Assembly (NCBI GenBank): GCA_965227295.1
Contig: OZ245742.1
Coordinates: 3,392,001 to 3,456,000 of the forward strand
Origin: Leptonemataceae bacterium
Lineage (GTDB): Bacteria; Spirochaetota; Leptospiria; Leptospirales; Leptonemataceae
Reading direction: 5' to 3'
DNA: 64,000 bases
Part shown: positions 39,070 to 48,345 of the stretch, one piece after another
Layout: each line of letters starts with the position of its first letter
How positions within the stretch are numbered: position 1 is the stretch's first letter
Made by a program: the position numbers and the translations under genes
Notes under the pieces: model-generated
Databases searched by the model: none
What the model saw: the letters and a program-made list of their open reading frames with translations, nothing else
What the model was told of the DNA's origin: nothing

Positions 39070-40644
39070 TTATGCGTTCATGTTCGCTTCCAACATGGAC
39101 GGATAGATCCACCAGGGGCGTCGCGTACAGTGCGCGTTCATCCATTGTTGTTCGAGGGAAAGCAGTTCTTCTTCGAACTTACGAAAGGCCTCCCGGCCCC
39201 GTTCGTCGGACGCGAGGTAGCCAAAGTCCTGCACGAGTCGCGTGCGGCGCACGTTCAGATTATAGTTGGCATTCATCAAACGCTGATAAAGATCCGCGGG
39301 AAGGCGGCGGCCGTCTTTGTAAACACGAACCGGCTGGACCTCGGGCCAGGCCTGGTAGTCCCACAGCAGCGTGCCCAATTGCTCATGACCTGTGGTGACG
39401 GTGTATATCAACCCGGCCGCCAGGCGTGAAACGGAAGCTATGCTGATGTGCGCACCGAATTCGCGTTGGATGCCGCCGGGAATCAGTTCGTCGAGTTCCT
39501 TCCACCAGGCAACGACATGTTCATCCGCGGCGAGGCCCGCATCGTCTGCGTAGTGAGCTTTGATGTAACGCTCCGTGTGCCGGTGAAACACATCGAAGAG
39601 CCGGCAATGATTGTCGAGAGAGGGCGTATCGAAGCCGGCCCGGGCGTAGCCGTACGTCTTTGCGTGGGAGCGGGGATCCAGGTTCACGGCGTCGTACGCC
39701 TCATAAAAACTCTCGAAGGCGTCGAGCAGGCCGCGGCGGGTGTACGAAAACATTTCGAAGTCACCGCCGGGATTCATTTGCACGAGGCTCACGTTGCGAT
39801 TGCTGTCGTGGGTGCGATAGATGTGCGGATGAAAGAGAAGGCGCAGCGGATGATCGCAGGGGAGATTGTTGCGCACGCTTACGGCGAAGGGCGCGCCCGC
39901 GGCCAGGTGGACCCAGGCGAAATGACGGAACAGCGAACAGTGGGTTGTGATTGAACACAAGGCCAGGCGCTGGGCGTCTTCCCAATCGGGGTCCGTCGGT
40001 ACAAACGTACGCCCGTCGGAAGTTTCGATGCCGGCCACCGTCAACCGGTCCAGCGAATGATCCACCAGGAACTGAACCCGCACGCCCAGGTTCACCAGGT
40101 CGTCCCGGTGTTCGAAGCGAGCCATGTCGCGCAGATCCCACTCGAACGTGCCGTCGCCGACGGCGCGGAGATAATTGAAGTACGGGCCGCGCACGGCGAG
40201 TTCGGCGAGGCGTTGCTTGTGATGCAGTCGTCCGTAGAGTTCCGGGAAACGCGGGGCGCGGAAGCGGCGTCGATCGGCGTCATAGGCCTTGCGCAGGGCG
40301 CGGTCCGGATCGTCGTCCATGGCCGCCGTGCCCGGGATCACCGGCGGCAGCACGCGTTGCAGCCAGGCCTGGAGGCAATGGAACCACCAGAACAACGGCA
40401 ACGGGATGCGCCCGAAGCGCAGCTCGTCCGCCGGAACATGGTCTTCGACTTTGACGGACCGGAGCGGGATTTTCGGAAAGACCTCGCCCATGGGTACCAT
40501 ACGAATGCGACGTTCGTAGCGCCGGGGCGCCTGAATGATCTTCGGTTTGGCCACGCGATACTTGAAGATCGCCAGCGCGTTCCAGAAATGTGTTATGATG
40601 TAACGTTTGATGCTTGTGCGTTTTGGTTTTGATGTGAGGGTCAT
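39070..40644 (-). CDS. lipoxygenase (non-heme iron), catalytic domain only
   Basis: W..A....H....H....HL...F....R.NL...HPL..L..PH...T...N motif; downstream His in TGHEQLG; C-terminal ANMNA; ATGA overlap with the peroxidase stop at 40641-40644. Confidence 0.85.
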   Translation of the reverse strand: MTLTSKPKRTSIKRYIITHFWNALAIFKYRVAKPKIIQAPRRYERRIRMVPMGEVFPKIPLRSVKVEDHVPADELRFGRIPLPLFWWFHCLQAWLQRVLPPVIPGTAAMDDDPDRALRKAYDADRRRFRAPRFPELYGRLHHKQRLAELAVRGPYFNYLRAVGDGTFEWDLRDMARFEHRDDLVNLGVRVQFLVDHSLDRLTVAGIETSDGRTFVPTDPDWEDAQRLALCSITTHCSLFRHFAWVHLAAGAPFAVSVRNNLPCDHPLRLLFHPHIYRTHDSNRNVSLVQMNPGGDFEMFSYTRRGLLDAFESFYEAYDAVNLDPRSHAKTYGYARAGFDTPSLDNHCRLFDVFHRHTERYIKAHYADDAGLAADEHVVAWWKELDELIPGGIQREFGAHISIASVSRLAAGLIYTVTTGHEQLGTLLWDYQAWPEVQPVRVYKDGRRLPADLYQRLMNANYNLNVRRTRLVQDFGYLASDERGREAFRKFEEELLSLEQQWMNAHCTRRPWWIYPSMLEANMNA

Positions 40645-42404
40645 GCTTGGGCTCTCCGCCACGGGTGGAATGCGTTCCGTGGAATGTGTTTTTCCAGTTC
40701 CGGATGATGGCGGACGATGACGTCTTTCATCGTCGTGTTGTCGATGTACTTCAGGCCCCAGCCGGTGTAGTATTCTTTCGTGTAGCAGCTTGTGAAAAAG
40801 CGATCCGTTAACAATCGCCGAGATGCCATTAAGACGAAAATCTGAAACGCCGTTTCGCCGAAACCGAAGCCCGGCGGTCGCCGCAGGGGGCCGTCCTCTG
40901 CCAGGCAGCCCACGAGCAGGTCCACCGCTTCGATCTCGCCGTTGTAGGCCTCGCTCAGTTCTTTTGCGATGTTCGGATCCGGATTGATCTCATCGAAGGA
41001 CTTCAATTCCGGGAGCTGGATCAACCTACGCAGCGCGTTGTAACGCGGGATCTGGCGTTCCCGATCGCGCAGGATGTCGATGGTGGCGAGATCGATGCGA
41101 ACGCCGCCGTGGTGCGGGGGCATTTGCAAATCCTGCAAGAAGCGCGGATAGTTGTGCAGAGTGAGCGCGCCGGGATGGACGGTACCGAACGAGTACATCA
41201 GATCCGTAAGATCGTACGGCGCCATGGCAGTACGGGTCTGCCGGTTTACCGCGTCCCCGGTGGGAAGCACGGCCAGGGCGGAGTCGTCCCGATGGGAGCG
41301 CAGGTCCAGTTCTTCGGGCAACAGCGGATGCAGGCGATAGACGGCGACGAATTCCTCGGTGAGCGTGTGTTCGGTACCGTGGTAGTTGCGCTTCGAACCG
41401 ACGATGCCGCTCAGAATGGGATTGCCGGTATGAAAAAGCTTCTTGATGTGCCGGCCGAGCAGGCCCCACCAGTTCGCCTTCATGGCGATGTCCAGGACCT
41501 TCGTCTGTAAAATGCCCGGCGTCCATTCCACCGTGTGGATTTTCGCCATGAGAGCGGTGTTGATGAGCCGCGCACGCTGGAACAGCTCTTCGTCCTGCAT
41601 TGCGGGATGGAGGCGCTTGAGTTCTTCGCAGATAAAGTTATGTTCTTTGGTCATTAAGGTGTGGAGCAGCGAGAGGCCGGCCCAGTAGTTCTCCTGGGTG
41701 CCGGTGAGGTCCACACCGAGGTGCTCGTCTTCAAGCAGGCGGCCGTCCGCGCCGATCTTCAAGTGCCCGCCTTCGCGGCTGCGCAGGCGCTCGCATTTTT
41801 CCCGGCTGTTGCCGTAGAGCTGGGTGCCGTCCCACCAGTGCGAGAAGTCGTTAGCGTAGGTCAGGATGCCGGGGTGCTTCGGATCGCTCCCGGAAACCGT
41901 GGCCGGCACGATCATGGGATCTTCGTGCCAGTCGTCATCCTCGGGCAGGGGGACCTCGTGATGTTCGGTGGTGGAGTTCACGTGAAAGAACCAGTCGTGG
42001 GCCATGAACTGAATCCAGGCGGCGGCGTGCAGGTTCAGAATCTTCGCCGGAATGAACTCCTTACGCCGCAGCAGTCGTCGGCTGATTTCCCGCGGATTCG
42101 GTTCGTTCAGTCGACGATCCTTGAGTTGCACGAGATTTTGCAGGGGGACATTGCGTCCGAAGGGCAATCGTCGCGTGCCCACGGCGGGGCTTTCCAGGTC
42201 GTTGCCCGCTCCTTCGGCGTCGCGATAGCGTTGATCCCCCGTCTGTACATCCGGAAGTAATCCATAAGTATTATGTAAGTTCTTTTTTAAGAGAGCACTG
42301 CGAATGAAGACGAGGTGTATGAGTGCCATGAGCCAGTTTCGGCTGTGCCAGGGGCGTTTGCTGTTCGGTTTTGTGATGTATGTACGCAGTCGCTGGAAGA
42401 TCAT
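40641..42404 (-). CDS. peroxidase-cyclooxygenase family heme enzyme, alpha-dioxygenase-like
   Basis: AAAWIQFM.HDW, WWDG..LYG, AKIHTVEWT, ANW.GLLG, LTEEFVAVYRLHPLLP (Tyr radical + proximal His), RDRER..PRYN, FVLMASRRL..DRFFT. Confidence 0.9.
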   Translation of the reverse strand: MIFQRLRTYITKPNSKRPWHSRNWLMALIHLVFIRSALLKKNLHNTYGLLPDVQTGDQRYRDAEGAGNDLESPAVGTRRLPFGRNVPLQNLVQLKDRRLNEPNPREISRRLLRRKEFIPAKILNLHAAAWIQFMAHDWFFHVNSTTEHHEVPLPEDDDWHEDPMIVPATVSGSDPKHPGILTYANDFSHWWDGTQLYGNSREKCERLRSREGGHLKIGADGRLLEDEHLGVDLTGTQENYWAGLSLLHTLMTKEHNFICEELKRLHPAMQDEELFQRARLINTALMAKIHTVEWTPGILQTKVLDIAMKANWWGLLGRHIKKLFHTGNPILSGIVGSKRNYHGTEHTLTEEFVAVYRLHPLLPEELDLRSHRDDSALAVLPTGDAVNRQTRTAMAPYDLTDLMYSFGTVHPGALTLHNYPRFLQDLQMPPHHGGVRIDLATIDILRDRERQIPRYNALRRLIQLPELKSFDEINPDPNIAKELSEAYNGEIEAVDLLVGCLAEDGPLRRPPGFGFGETAFQIFVLMASRRLLTDRFFTSCYTKEYYTGWGLKYIDNTTMKDVIVRHHPELEKHIPRNAFHPWRRAQA

Positions 42405-42481
42405 GGGTTCCTCTTTACGTCTGGAGTAGACGAAAGATCATCCATGAAAATGACGAGTGCTTAGAACTTTGTAAAAAAAAC

Positions 42482-45400
42482 TTAGTGGGCGGCCGGGGTT
42501 TGAGGGCGTAGCGGCAGGGTGATGGTGAAGCGGGCGTAGTTCCCGGCCTCGGAATCGAAACGCAATTGCCCGCCGTGTTTGCCGACCACGACGTCGTGAC
42601 TCAGGGAGAGGCCCAGGCCGACGCCGATGCCGGACGGTTTCGTTGTGAAGAACGGCGTGAAGATGCGTTGTCGATGTTCCGACTGAACGCCTTCCCCGTT
42701 GTCGTAAAACTCAATGATCACGAACTCACCCTCCCGGCGCAGGGATACGCGGAGGAGCGGACGGTAGGTGTCGTCGTCCTCCGCCTCGGCGCGCTCCGCG
42801 CGTTCCTGTAAGGAATCGAAGGCGTTGCGGGCGAGGTTCACGAACACCCGGGACATGTCCTGAACAAAGACGGGCACCCGGGGCAGGTTCGCCTCGAAAT
42901 CCCGTTCGATTTCCGGTAAGAACAGACCGCTGCGGGTTTTTGTTCCGAAGTAAACGAGGTCCAGGTCTTCTTTGAGTACGGTTTCGAGGTCCGTGAGCTC
43001 GCGCTCCTTCGACGGATCCCGGGCGTGCATGAGCATGCCGCGCACGATGCGATCAATGCGGCCGCCGTGTTCGTAGATCTTGCCCGCGTTCGTTTGAATG
43101 ATTTCCAGCAATTCTTGCAGGGATTCGCGTTGTTCCGTGGGTATTTCCGCCAGCTCTTCGAGCATATCCTCGACGACGCGCCGGGACATGTCGGCGAAGT
43201 TGTTGACGAAGTTCAGCGGGTTTTTGATTTCGTGGGCGATGCCCGCGGTCAGTTGTCCGAGGGACGCTAACTTTTCCTGAGAAATAATTTGTTCCTGCAT
43301 CTTACGCAGGTCGGCCAGGGCGTTTTCCAGGCTCTCGGTTTTTTCTTTGAGGTCCTCGGTGCGCTTCTCGACCATCTGTTCCAGGCGGCCGGCGTAGCCC
43401 TGCAACTCCTGGAGGGTGTCGCGCAATTTGAGATGGGTTTCCACCCGGGCCAGGAGTTCGCGCCGGCTGAAGGGTTTCGTGATGTAATCGTTGGCGCCGG
43501 CTTCCAGGGCGGCCACGAGGTCGGTGACCTGGTTTTTCGCGGAGAGGATGATGATGGGCAGTTCCGAGGCGGGATGTTCCTCGCGTAACGTGCGGCAGAC
43601 ATCGAAGCCGGAGATGCGCGGCATCATTAAATCGAGCAACACCAGGTCCGGCGGTTTGCCGGAAATCATTTCGAGGGCCTGGAAACCGTCCGTGGCCGTG
43701 CTCACTTCGATGCGCGCGTCGCTCAGATAGTCCTCCAACACCTGGATGTTTACCGGTTCATCGTCCACGACCAGGACGCGTTCGCCGTGAAAGCGCTTGT
43801 CCCGCGCCGCGGCGCGGCCGGCGGCGATGGGCATGCCGTGGATTTCCGGGGCCGGAGAGAAACTACTCAAGAGCGCGTCGCCCGCGCGCGTTTCGTCGCC
43901 GGACGTGAGGCCGCCGGCCTTGAGTTCCGGTCCGGCGCGCTCCAGTAAAAACGAAAACACGGAACCCTCGCCGACCCGGCTGTCGAGTTCGATCTCCGAG
44001 CCGTGCAGGCGCGTAAGGCTGCTGACGATGCTCAGTCCGAGGCCGCTGCCGCCGAACTCCCGCGCAATGGTGCCGTCGGCCTGTTCGAAAGAATCGAAGA
44101 TGCGCTGCTGTTGGTCTTCGGAAATGCCGATGCCCGTATCGTACACGGCCAGGCGAATGCGCTCGCCTTCGCGTTTGCCGATCAATCGAATGTCTCCGCC
44201 CGGCGGCGTAAACTTTACAGCGTTGCCGACCAGGTTCAGTAAGATTTGCTGGAGGCGATTTTCGTCGGCGGCGGCCAGGGGAAGGTCCGGATCGAAGTCG
44301 CCCTTTAGCTGGAGGCCCTTGCGTTCGGCCAGGGGCATGCTCACCTGTAAAACCAACTCACCGATCTTTTCGGCGTCCACGGCGCGCAGTTGTAGTTGCA
44401 GTTCGCCGTTCTTGAGTTTCGAAAAGTCGAGGATATCGTTTACCAGCGACGATAGGCGCTGACCGCTGGAGATGATCATGCCCAGGTTGCGCCGGAGTCG
44501 CTCGGGGTCTTCCGCACTGAACAAACACGACTCCGCCAGGCCGATGATGCCGTTGAGCGGTGTCCGCAGTTCATGGGACGTGTTCGCGAGGAATTCATCT
44601 TTCAGACGATCCGCGCGCTGCAAACTTTCGATGGCCAGTTCACGGCTTTTCAGGGCCTCGCGCCGGGCGAATTCTTTTTCTTCTTTAATGAGATTGAACC
44701 GATCCGCGAGGCCGAGAGACAGCAGCCATACCTCAAGAGCCGAGCCGAACTGAATGGCGTTGCGGGTAAAGAAGGTATCCGGTACGAGGCCCAGGCCGTA
44801 AAAGATGTACAGTGACGCGCCGAAGAAGAGCAGGCCCCAGGCGGCCATGTAAAAACGAGCCGGGCGATCTCCGCGCCACAACGAAATGCCGCCGGCGGTC
44901 ATGACCGCGAGAATCGTAACGAAAGAAAAGTATGACTTAAGGCTGACCAGATACTCCGGCAGGGAAATCTCAAGCAGCCAGAGCGGATAGGCCAGGAGCA
45001 TCATGATGCTCAGAATGCGATGCATAACCGGCGAGTTGTCCCGGGTGCGTAGATAACTGCGGGCGAAGCTGTTTACGAAGAACGCCGTGTTGTAGACGGA
45101 GAAGTGAATCAGGAAGGCGTAGGCTGCGGGGGTCGCGGGCCAGAGGTACTCCGCCCCGATGCCCGAGAGGGTCAGCATCATCAGCAGAAAACTGGCCACG
45201 AAGAGGACGTACTGGAGATAGCTTCCCTCGCGAATGGATACGAACAAGAAGAGGTTGTAGAGGATCATCACGGTGAGGATGCCCGCGTACATACCGTGGA
45301 AGAGTTTTTCGAAGGTGGCGATTTCCCAGAAGGTGCGCGCTTCCCGGATGAGCGGCGGCAGATTCAACGGCGCGCGCTCCCCGATGATGCGCAGATAGAT

Positions 45401-45907
45401 CGGATGTTCCGGGTGGAGGTCGTCCACCGGAAGTTTGAAGACCGGCTGAAAGTGCCGGATCTCGCGCTTCACAAACGCCACGGACTGACCGTTGCGTTGT
45501 TCCACGTAACGCCCGTCTTCGTAGACATACAATCGGGCGTCGTCGATCAATGGATAGTTTACTTCCAGGACGTAGTCGCGCTCCGTCGCCTCCGCTCGTA
45601 CGGGCAGACGAATCCAGAAGGCCGAGCGGGAATAACCCACCGCCTTCTGACCGTCGCGAAACGTGAAGACCGCCGGCGGCAGTTGGAGGATGTCCCGGAT
45701 TGTAAGCTGACGCCCGGGATCCTCGTACACCGCCCAGGCGTAGTCCCGCAGATCGTAGGAGTCCTGGTCGGCCTTCAGAACCAGGGGCCGTTCGACGGTC
45801 AGACGGACGGGATTGCTGCGGTCGCCCGCGGGTGAGTTCGGACCCGGGATGCAGGCCGTCAGGCCCAGGAACAACACCGGCATGAGAGTGAATGGCGGAC
45901 GGCGCAC
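42482..45907 (-). CDS. hybrid sensor kinase: 7TMR-DISM + 7TM + HK + REC + second HK
   Basis: GYSRSAFWIR, FLANTSHELRTPLN, REC (DLMMP), LGQLTAGIAHEIKNPLNFV. True start is likely GTG 45907 or ATG 45883; the longer ORF-track extension is antisense to tauD. Confidence 0.9.
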   Translation of the reverse strand: MRRPPFTLMPVLFLGLTACIPGPNSPAGDRSNPVRLTVERPLVLKADQDSYDLRDYAWAVYEDPGRQLTIRDILQLPPAVFTFRDGQKAVGYSRSAFWIRLPVRAEATERDYVLEVNYPLIDDARLYVYEDGRYVEQRNGQSVAFVKREIRHFQPVFKLPVDDLHPEHPIYLRIIGERAPLNLPPLIREARTFWEIATFEKLFHGMYAGILTVMILYNLFLFVSIREGSYLQYVLFVASFLLMMLTLSGIGAEYLWPATPAAYAFLIHFSVYNTAFFVNSFARSYLRTRDNSPVMHRILSIMMLLAYPLWLLEISLPEYLVSLKSYFSFVTILAVMTAGGISLWRGDRPARFYMAAWGLLFFGASLYIFYGLGLVPDTFFTRNAIQFGSALEVWLLSLGLADRFNLIKEEKEFARREALKSRELAIESLQRADRLKDEFLANTSHELRTPLNGIIGLAESCLFSAEDPERLRRNLGMIISSGQRLSSLVNDILDFSKLKNGELQLQLRAVDAEKIGELVLQVSMPLAERKGLQLKGDFDPDLPLAAADENRLQQILLNLVGNAVKFTPPGGDIRLIGKREGERIRLAVYDTGIGISEDQQQRIFDSFEQADGTIAREFGGSGLGLSIVSSLTRLHGSEIELDSRVGEGSVFSFLLERAGPELKAGGLTSGDETRAGDALLSSFSPAPEIHGMPIAAGRAAARDKRFHGERVLVVDDEPVNIQVLEDYLSDARIEVSTATDGFQALEMISGKPPDLVLLDLMMPRISGFDVCRTLREEHPASELPIIILSAKNQVTDLVAALEAGANDYITKPFSRRELLARVETHLKLRDTLQELQGYAGRLEQMVEKRTEDLKEKTESLENALADLRKMQEQIISQEKLASLGQLTAGIAHEIKNPLNFVNNFADMSRRVVEDMLEELAEIPTEQRESLQELLEIIQTNAGKIYEHGGRIDRIVRGMLMHARDPSKERELTDLETVLKEDLDLVYFGTKTRSGLFLPEIERDFEANLPRVPVFVQDMSRVFVNLARNAFDSLQERAERAEAEDDDTYRPLLRVSLRREGEFVIIEFYDNGEGVQSEHRQRIFTPFFTTKPSGIGVGLGLSLSHDVVVGKHGGQLRFDSEAGNYARFTITLPLRPQTPAAH

Positions 45908-46042
45908 GGGATTGAAATACGGTGGATGGAACAGATACGGACAATCAAAAAACGTACAAACTTCGGCAGATCTAAAATTTACGCCGGAAACCCGTGCTAT
46001 ATTTTCATTGACCACTGCTCCGGCACGGGCCGTTTTTGTGAC

Positions 46043-46906
46043 GTGCAGACCCAAACCCATCGCAATACCGGGATTGAGATTTGCCCGCTCACGGGCGCCC
46101 TCGGTGCTGAAATCCGCGGCGTGCAAATCCGCGAGCTGGACGACGCGGGCTTCGCCGCCGTTCACGACGCCTTTCTGAAGTACGGGGCAATATTCTTTCG
46201 CGAGCAGGAGCTGGACCGGCAGGCCCAGATCGACTTCGCGCGGCGCTTCGGCGAGCTGGAGGTCCATCCCATTGTCAACGGCATGGACGAACATCCCGAG
46301 ATCATTCAGGTGCTCAAACCGGCGGGGGAGCCGGCGACGTTCGGTACCGGCTGGCACACGGACAACTCCTTCTTTGAAAAACCCAGCCTGGGTTCGGTGC
46401 TGCACGGGGTCACGATCCCGCCCCACGGCGGCGACACGCTTTTTGCGAATCAGTATCTGGCCTACGAGAAATTGTCGGATGGTATCAAGAAAGTTCTCGA
46501 TGGTCTGACGGCCGTGCACTCCGCCGGCCCGGCCTATACCTCGGAATCGGCGAAGGAAAAATACGAGGGCAAAACGGCGATTACGTATCGCTGGTCTGAT
46601 TCGGTGCATGCCGAGGTGGAGCATCCGGTGGTGCGCACGCATCCGGGGAGCGGTCGCAGGGCGTTGTACGTGAATCCCATGTTCACCCAGCGTTTCAAGG
46701 GTTGGACCGCGGCCGAGAGCGCGCCGTTGCTAAAGTATCTTTATGATTTTTGCGTGAAGCCCGAGTTCTGTTGCCGTTTCCGGTGGACACCGAACGCCGT
46801 CGCCGTCTGGGACAATCGTTGCGTACAACACTACGCGGTGGACGACTACCAGGAGTACGAACGACTGATGTTCCGGGTGACCATCTCCGGCGAGCGGCCG
46901 GTTTAA
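46043..46906 (+). CDS. TauD/TfdA family Fe(II)/2-oxoglutarate dioxygenase
   Basis: PLTGALGAEI, WHTD.SF, GGDT.FA, HPVVRTHP, WDNR..QHYA. Confidence 0.93.
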   Translation: MQTQTHRNTGIEICPLTGALGAEIRGVQIRELDDAGFAAVHDAFLKYGAIFFREQELDRQAQIDFARRFGELEVHPIVNGMDEHPEIIQVLKPAGEPATFGTGWHTDNSFFEKPSLGSVLHGVTIPPHGGDTLFANQYLAYEKLSDGIKKVLDGLTAVHSAGPAYTSESAKEKYEGKTAITYRWSDSVHAEVEHPVVRTHPGSGRRALYVNPMFTQRFKGWTAAESAPLLKYLYDFCVKPEFCCRFRWTPNAVAVWDNRCVQHYAVDDYQEYERLMFRVTISGERPV

Positions 46907-46914
46907 GATGGGAC

Positions 46915-47046
46915 GACTCCGAGGACCGAGGCACCGAGCTTTTATGGGAGAGGCCGGCATGGGACGGACGCGGGGTAAGTTAAGATCGCGGTAGGGTTCT
47001 TTTTTCTCCGCCCTGAGTCATTCCTCGGTTCCTCGGTCCTCGGAGT
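46915..47046. repeat. inverted-repeat element, family B copy 2
   Basis: GACTCCGAGGACCGAGGCACCGAG (46915-46938) ... CTCGGTTCCTCGGTCCTCGGAGT (47024-47046). Confidence 0.88.
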
Positions 47047-47066
47047 TTTCTTAAAAGAGATTACAC

Positions 47067-47927
47067 GTGAACTTTCTCATCGTTGACGGTTACGCCCCGG
47101 ACGCCCGCGCGAAGCTCGGCGCCGCCGGGTGCACGCTCGCGGGGGATCTCTATGCGCGCATGGTCGAAGACTACGCGCCGGGCGCGCGCTACGAGATCGT
47201 CCATCCCGCCGACGGGCCGGAGTTTCTTGCGCGTCCCTTAGCTGATTTTGATTCGTTGTTATGGACCGGGTCGTCGTTGAATATCTATGACGACATTCCC
47301 GGGGTTCGTCGTCAGGTCGAGCTGGCGCGCGCGGCATTTTCCGCGGGAGTGCCTTCGTTCGGGAGTTGCTGGGCGTTGCACGTCGCCGTCACCGCCGCCG
47401 GGGGCAGGTGCCGGTTGAATCCGAACGGCCGGGAGTTCGGTATATCCCGGCGCATTGAGCTGAACGATGCCGGTCGCGCTCATCCCATGTTTGCCGATAA
47501 GCCGCCGGTGTTTGACGGTTTTACCTCGCACTTCGACGACGTCGAGGTGCTGCCGCGGGGATCGACGGCGCTCGCTTCGAACGGAGCGACTAACATCCAG
47601 GCGGCGGAGATTACGGCGAACGATACGTCGTTCTGGGCGGTGCAGTATCATCCGGAGTACGACCTGCGGGAGATTGCGGCGCTGGCTCGCTTTCGGGCGG
47701 AGGGTTTGATTGCCGAGGGGCGGTTTCGAGACGAGGACGACCTGCGCGGTTACTACGGGCGCTACGAGTCTTTGCATGATCGCTTTGATGAAGCGACGGC
47801 GCGGGAGTTGGAGATCGGCGCGGATTTGAGTGACGGTACCGTGCGCTGCGCGGAGTTTCGGGCGTGGGTGAAGTGGTTGGTTGGGGGGAGGGGAGCGATT
47901 CAAAGTTTTCGAGCAATTCCTGAATGA
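47067..47927 (+). CDS. class I glutamine amidotransferase-like protein
   Basis: TGS, GSCWA (nucleophilic Cys), SH.D.V, QYHPE. Confidence 0.88.
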   Translation: MNFLIVDGYAPDARAKLGAAGCTLAGDLYARMVEDYAPGARYEIVHPADGPEFLARPLADFDSLLWTGSSLNIYDDIPGVRRQVELARAAFSAGVPSFGSCWALHVAVTAAGGRCRLNPNGREFGISRRIELNDAGRAHPMFADKPPVFDGFTSHFDDVEVLPRGSTALASNGATNIQAAEITANDTSFWAVQYHPEYDLREIAALARFRAEGLIAEGRFRDEDDLRGYYGRYESLHDRFDEATARELEIGADLSDGTVRCAEFRAWVKWLVGGRGAIQSFRAIPE

Positions 47928-48308
47928 TCGCCTGTTGATCCCAAAGTCTCACTCTGAAAAACTGATTTTTTGTTTCCTTATCTACCGACGCCTTGAACCC
48001 GTTCCAGGAGACGAGCAGGCCGTGAGATGCATTTACGTTTTGCATTGTCCCGAGCAGTTGGTCGAGTGCCGGTCGATCGACAGGAGCATCCGAGGTCTTC
48101 ACCTGAACGCAGATTCGTGGTTCCCCGAAGCCGAGGCCTCCGGGAGCGGCGACTATGTCGACACCCTTATCAGGTCCGGGCGGACTTAATAAGTCTCATA
48201 TCCCTGGGCCTTTAGAATAGATTCAACGATTCGGGCCATCCCGTGCCCTTTGTATTTTCGTATAAGATACCTGGCTATTTGATCCTGGGCAATTTGTTCG
48301 AAATCGAA
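47893..48308 (-). pseudogene. Mrr-like (type IV) restriction endonuclease fragment with a frameshift near 48186
   Basis: Joining two frames gives KGHGMARIVESILKAQGY.T/SPPGPDKGVDIVA.PG.LGF..PRICVQVK.SD.PV....LDQL.G......A..GLLVSW.GF; N-terminus missing; AT-richer than flanks. Confidence 0.8.
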
Positions 48309-48345
48309 AACGCCCCGTTCGCAGTGAATCCCGACAACCTCTCCG

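Noticed and set aside
45908..46642. N-terminal ~245 aa of the 1386-aa kinase ORF in the track
   Set aside because: It is the antisense shadow of the tauD gene plus the intergenic region; the kinase-like sequence starts near 45907/45883
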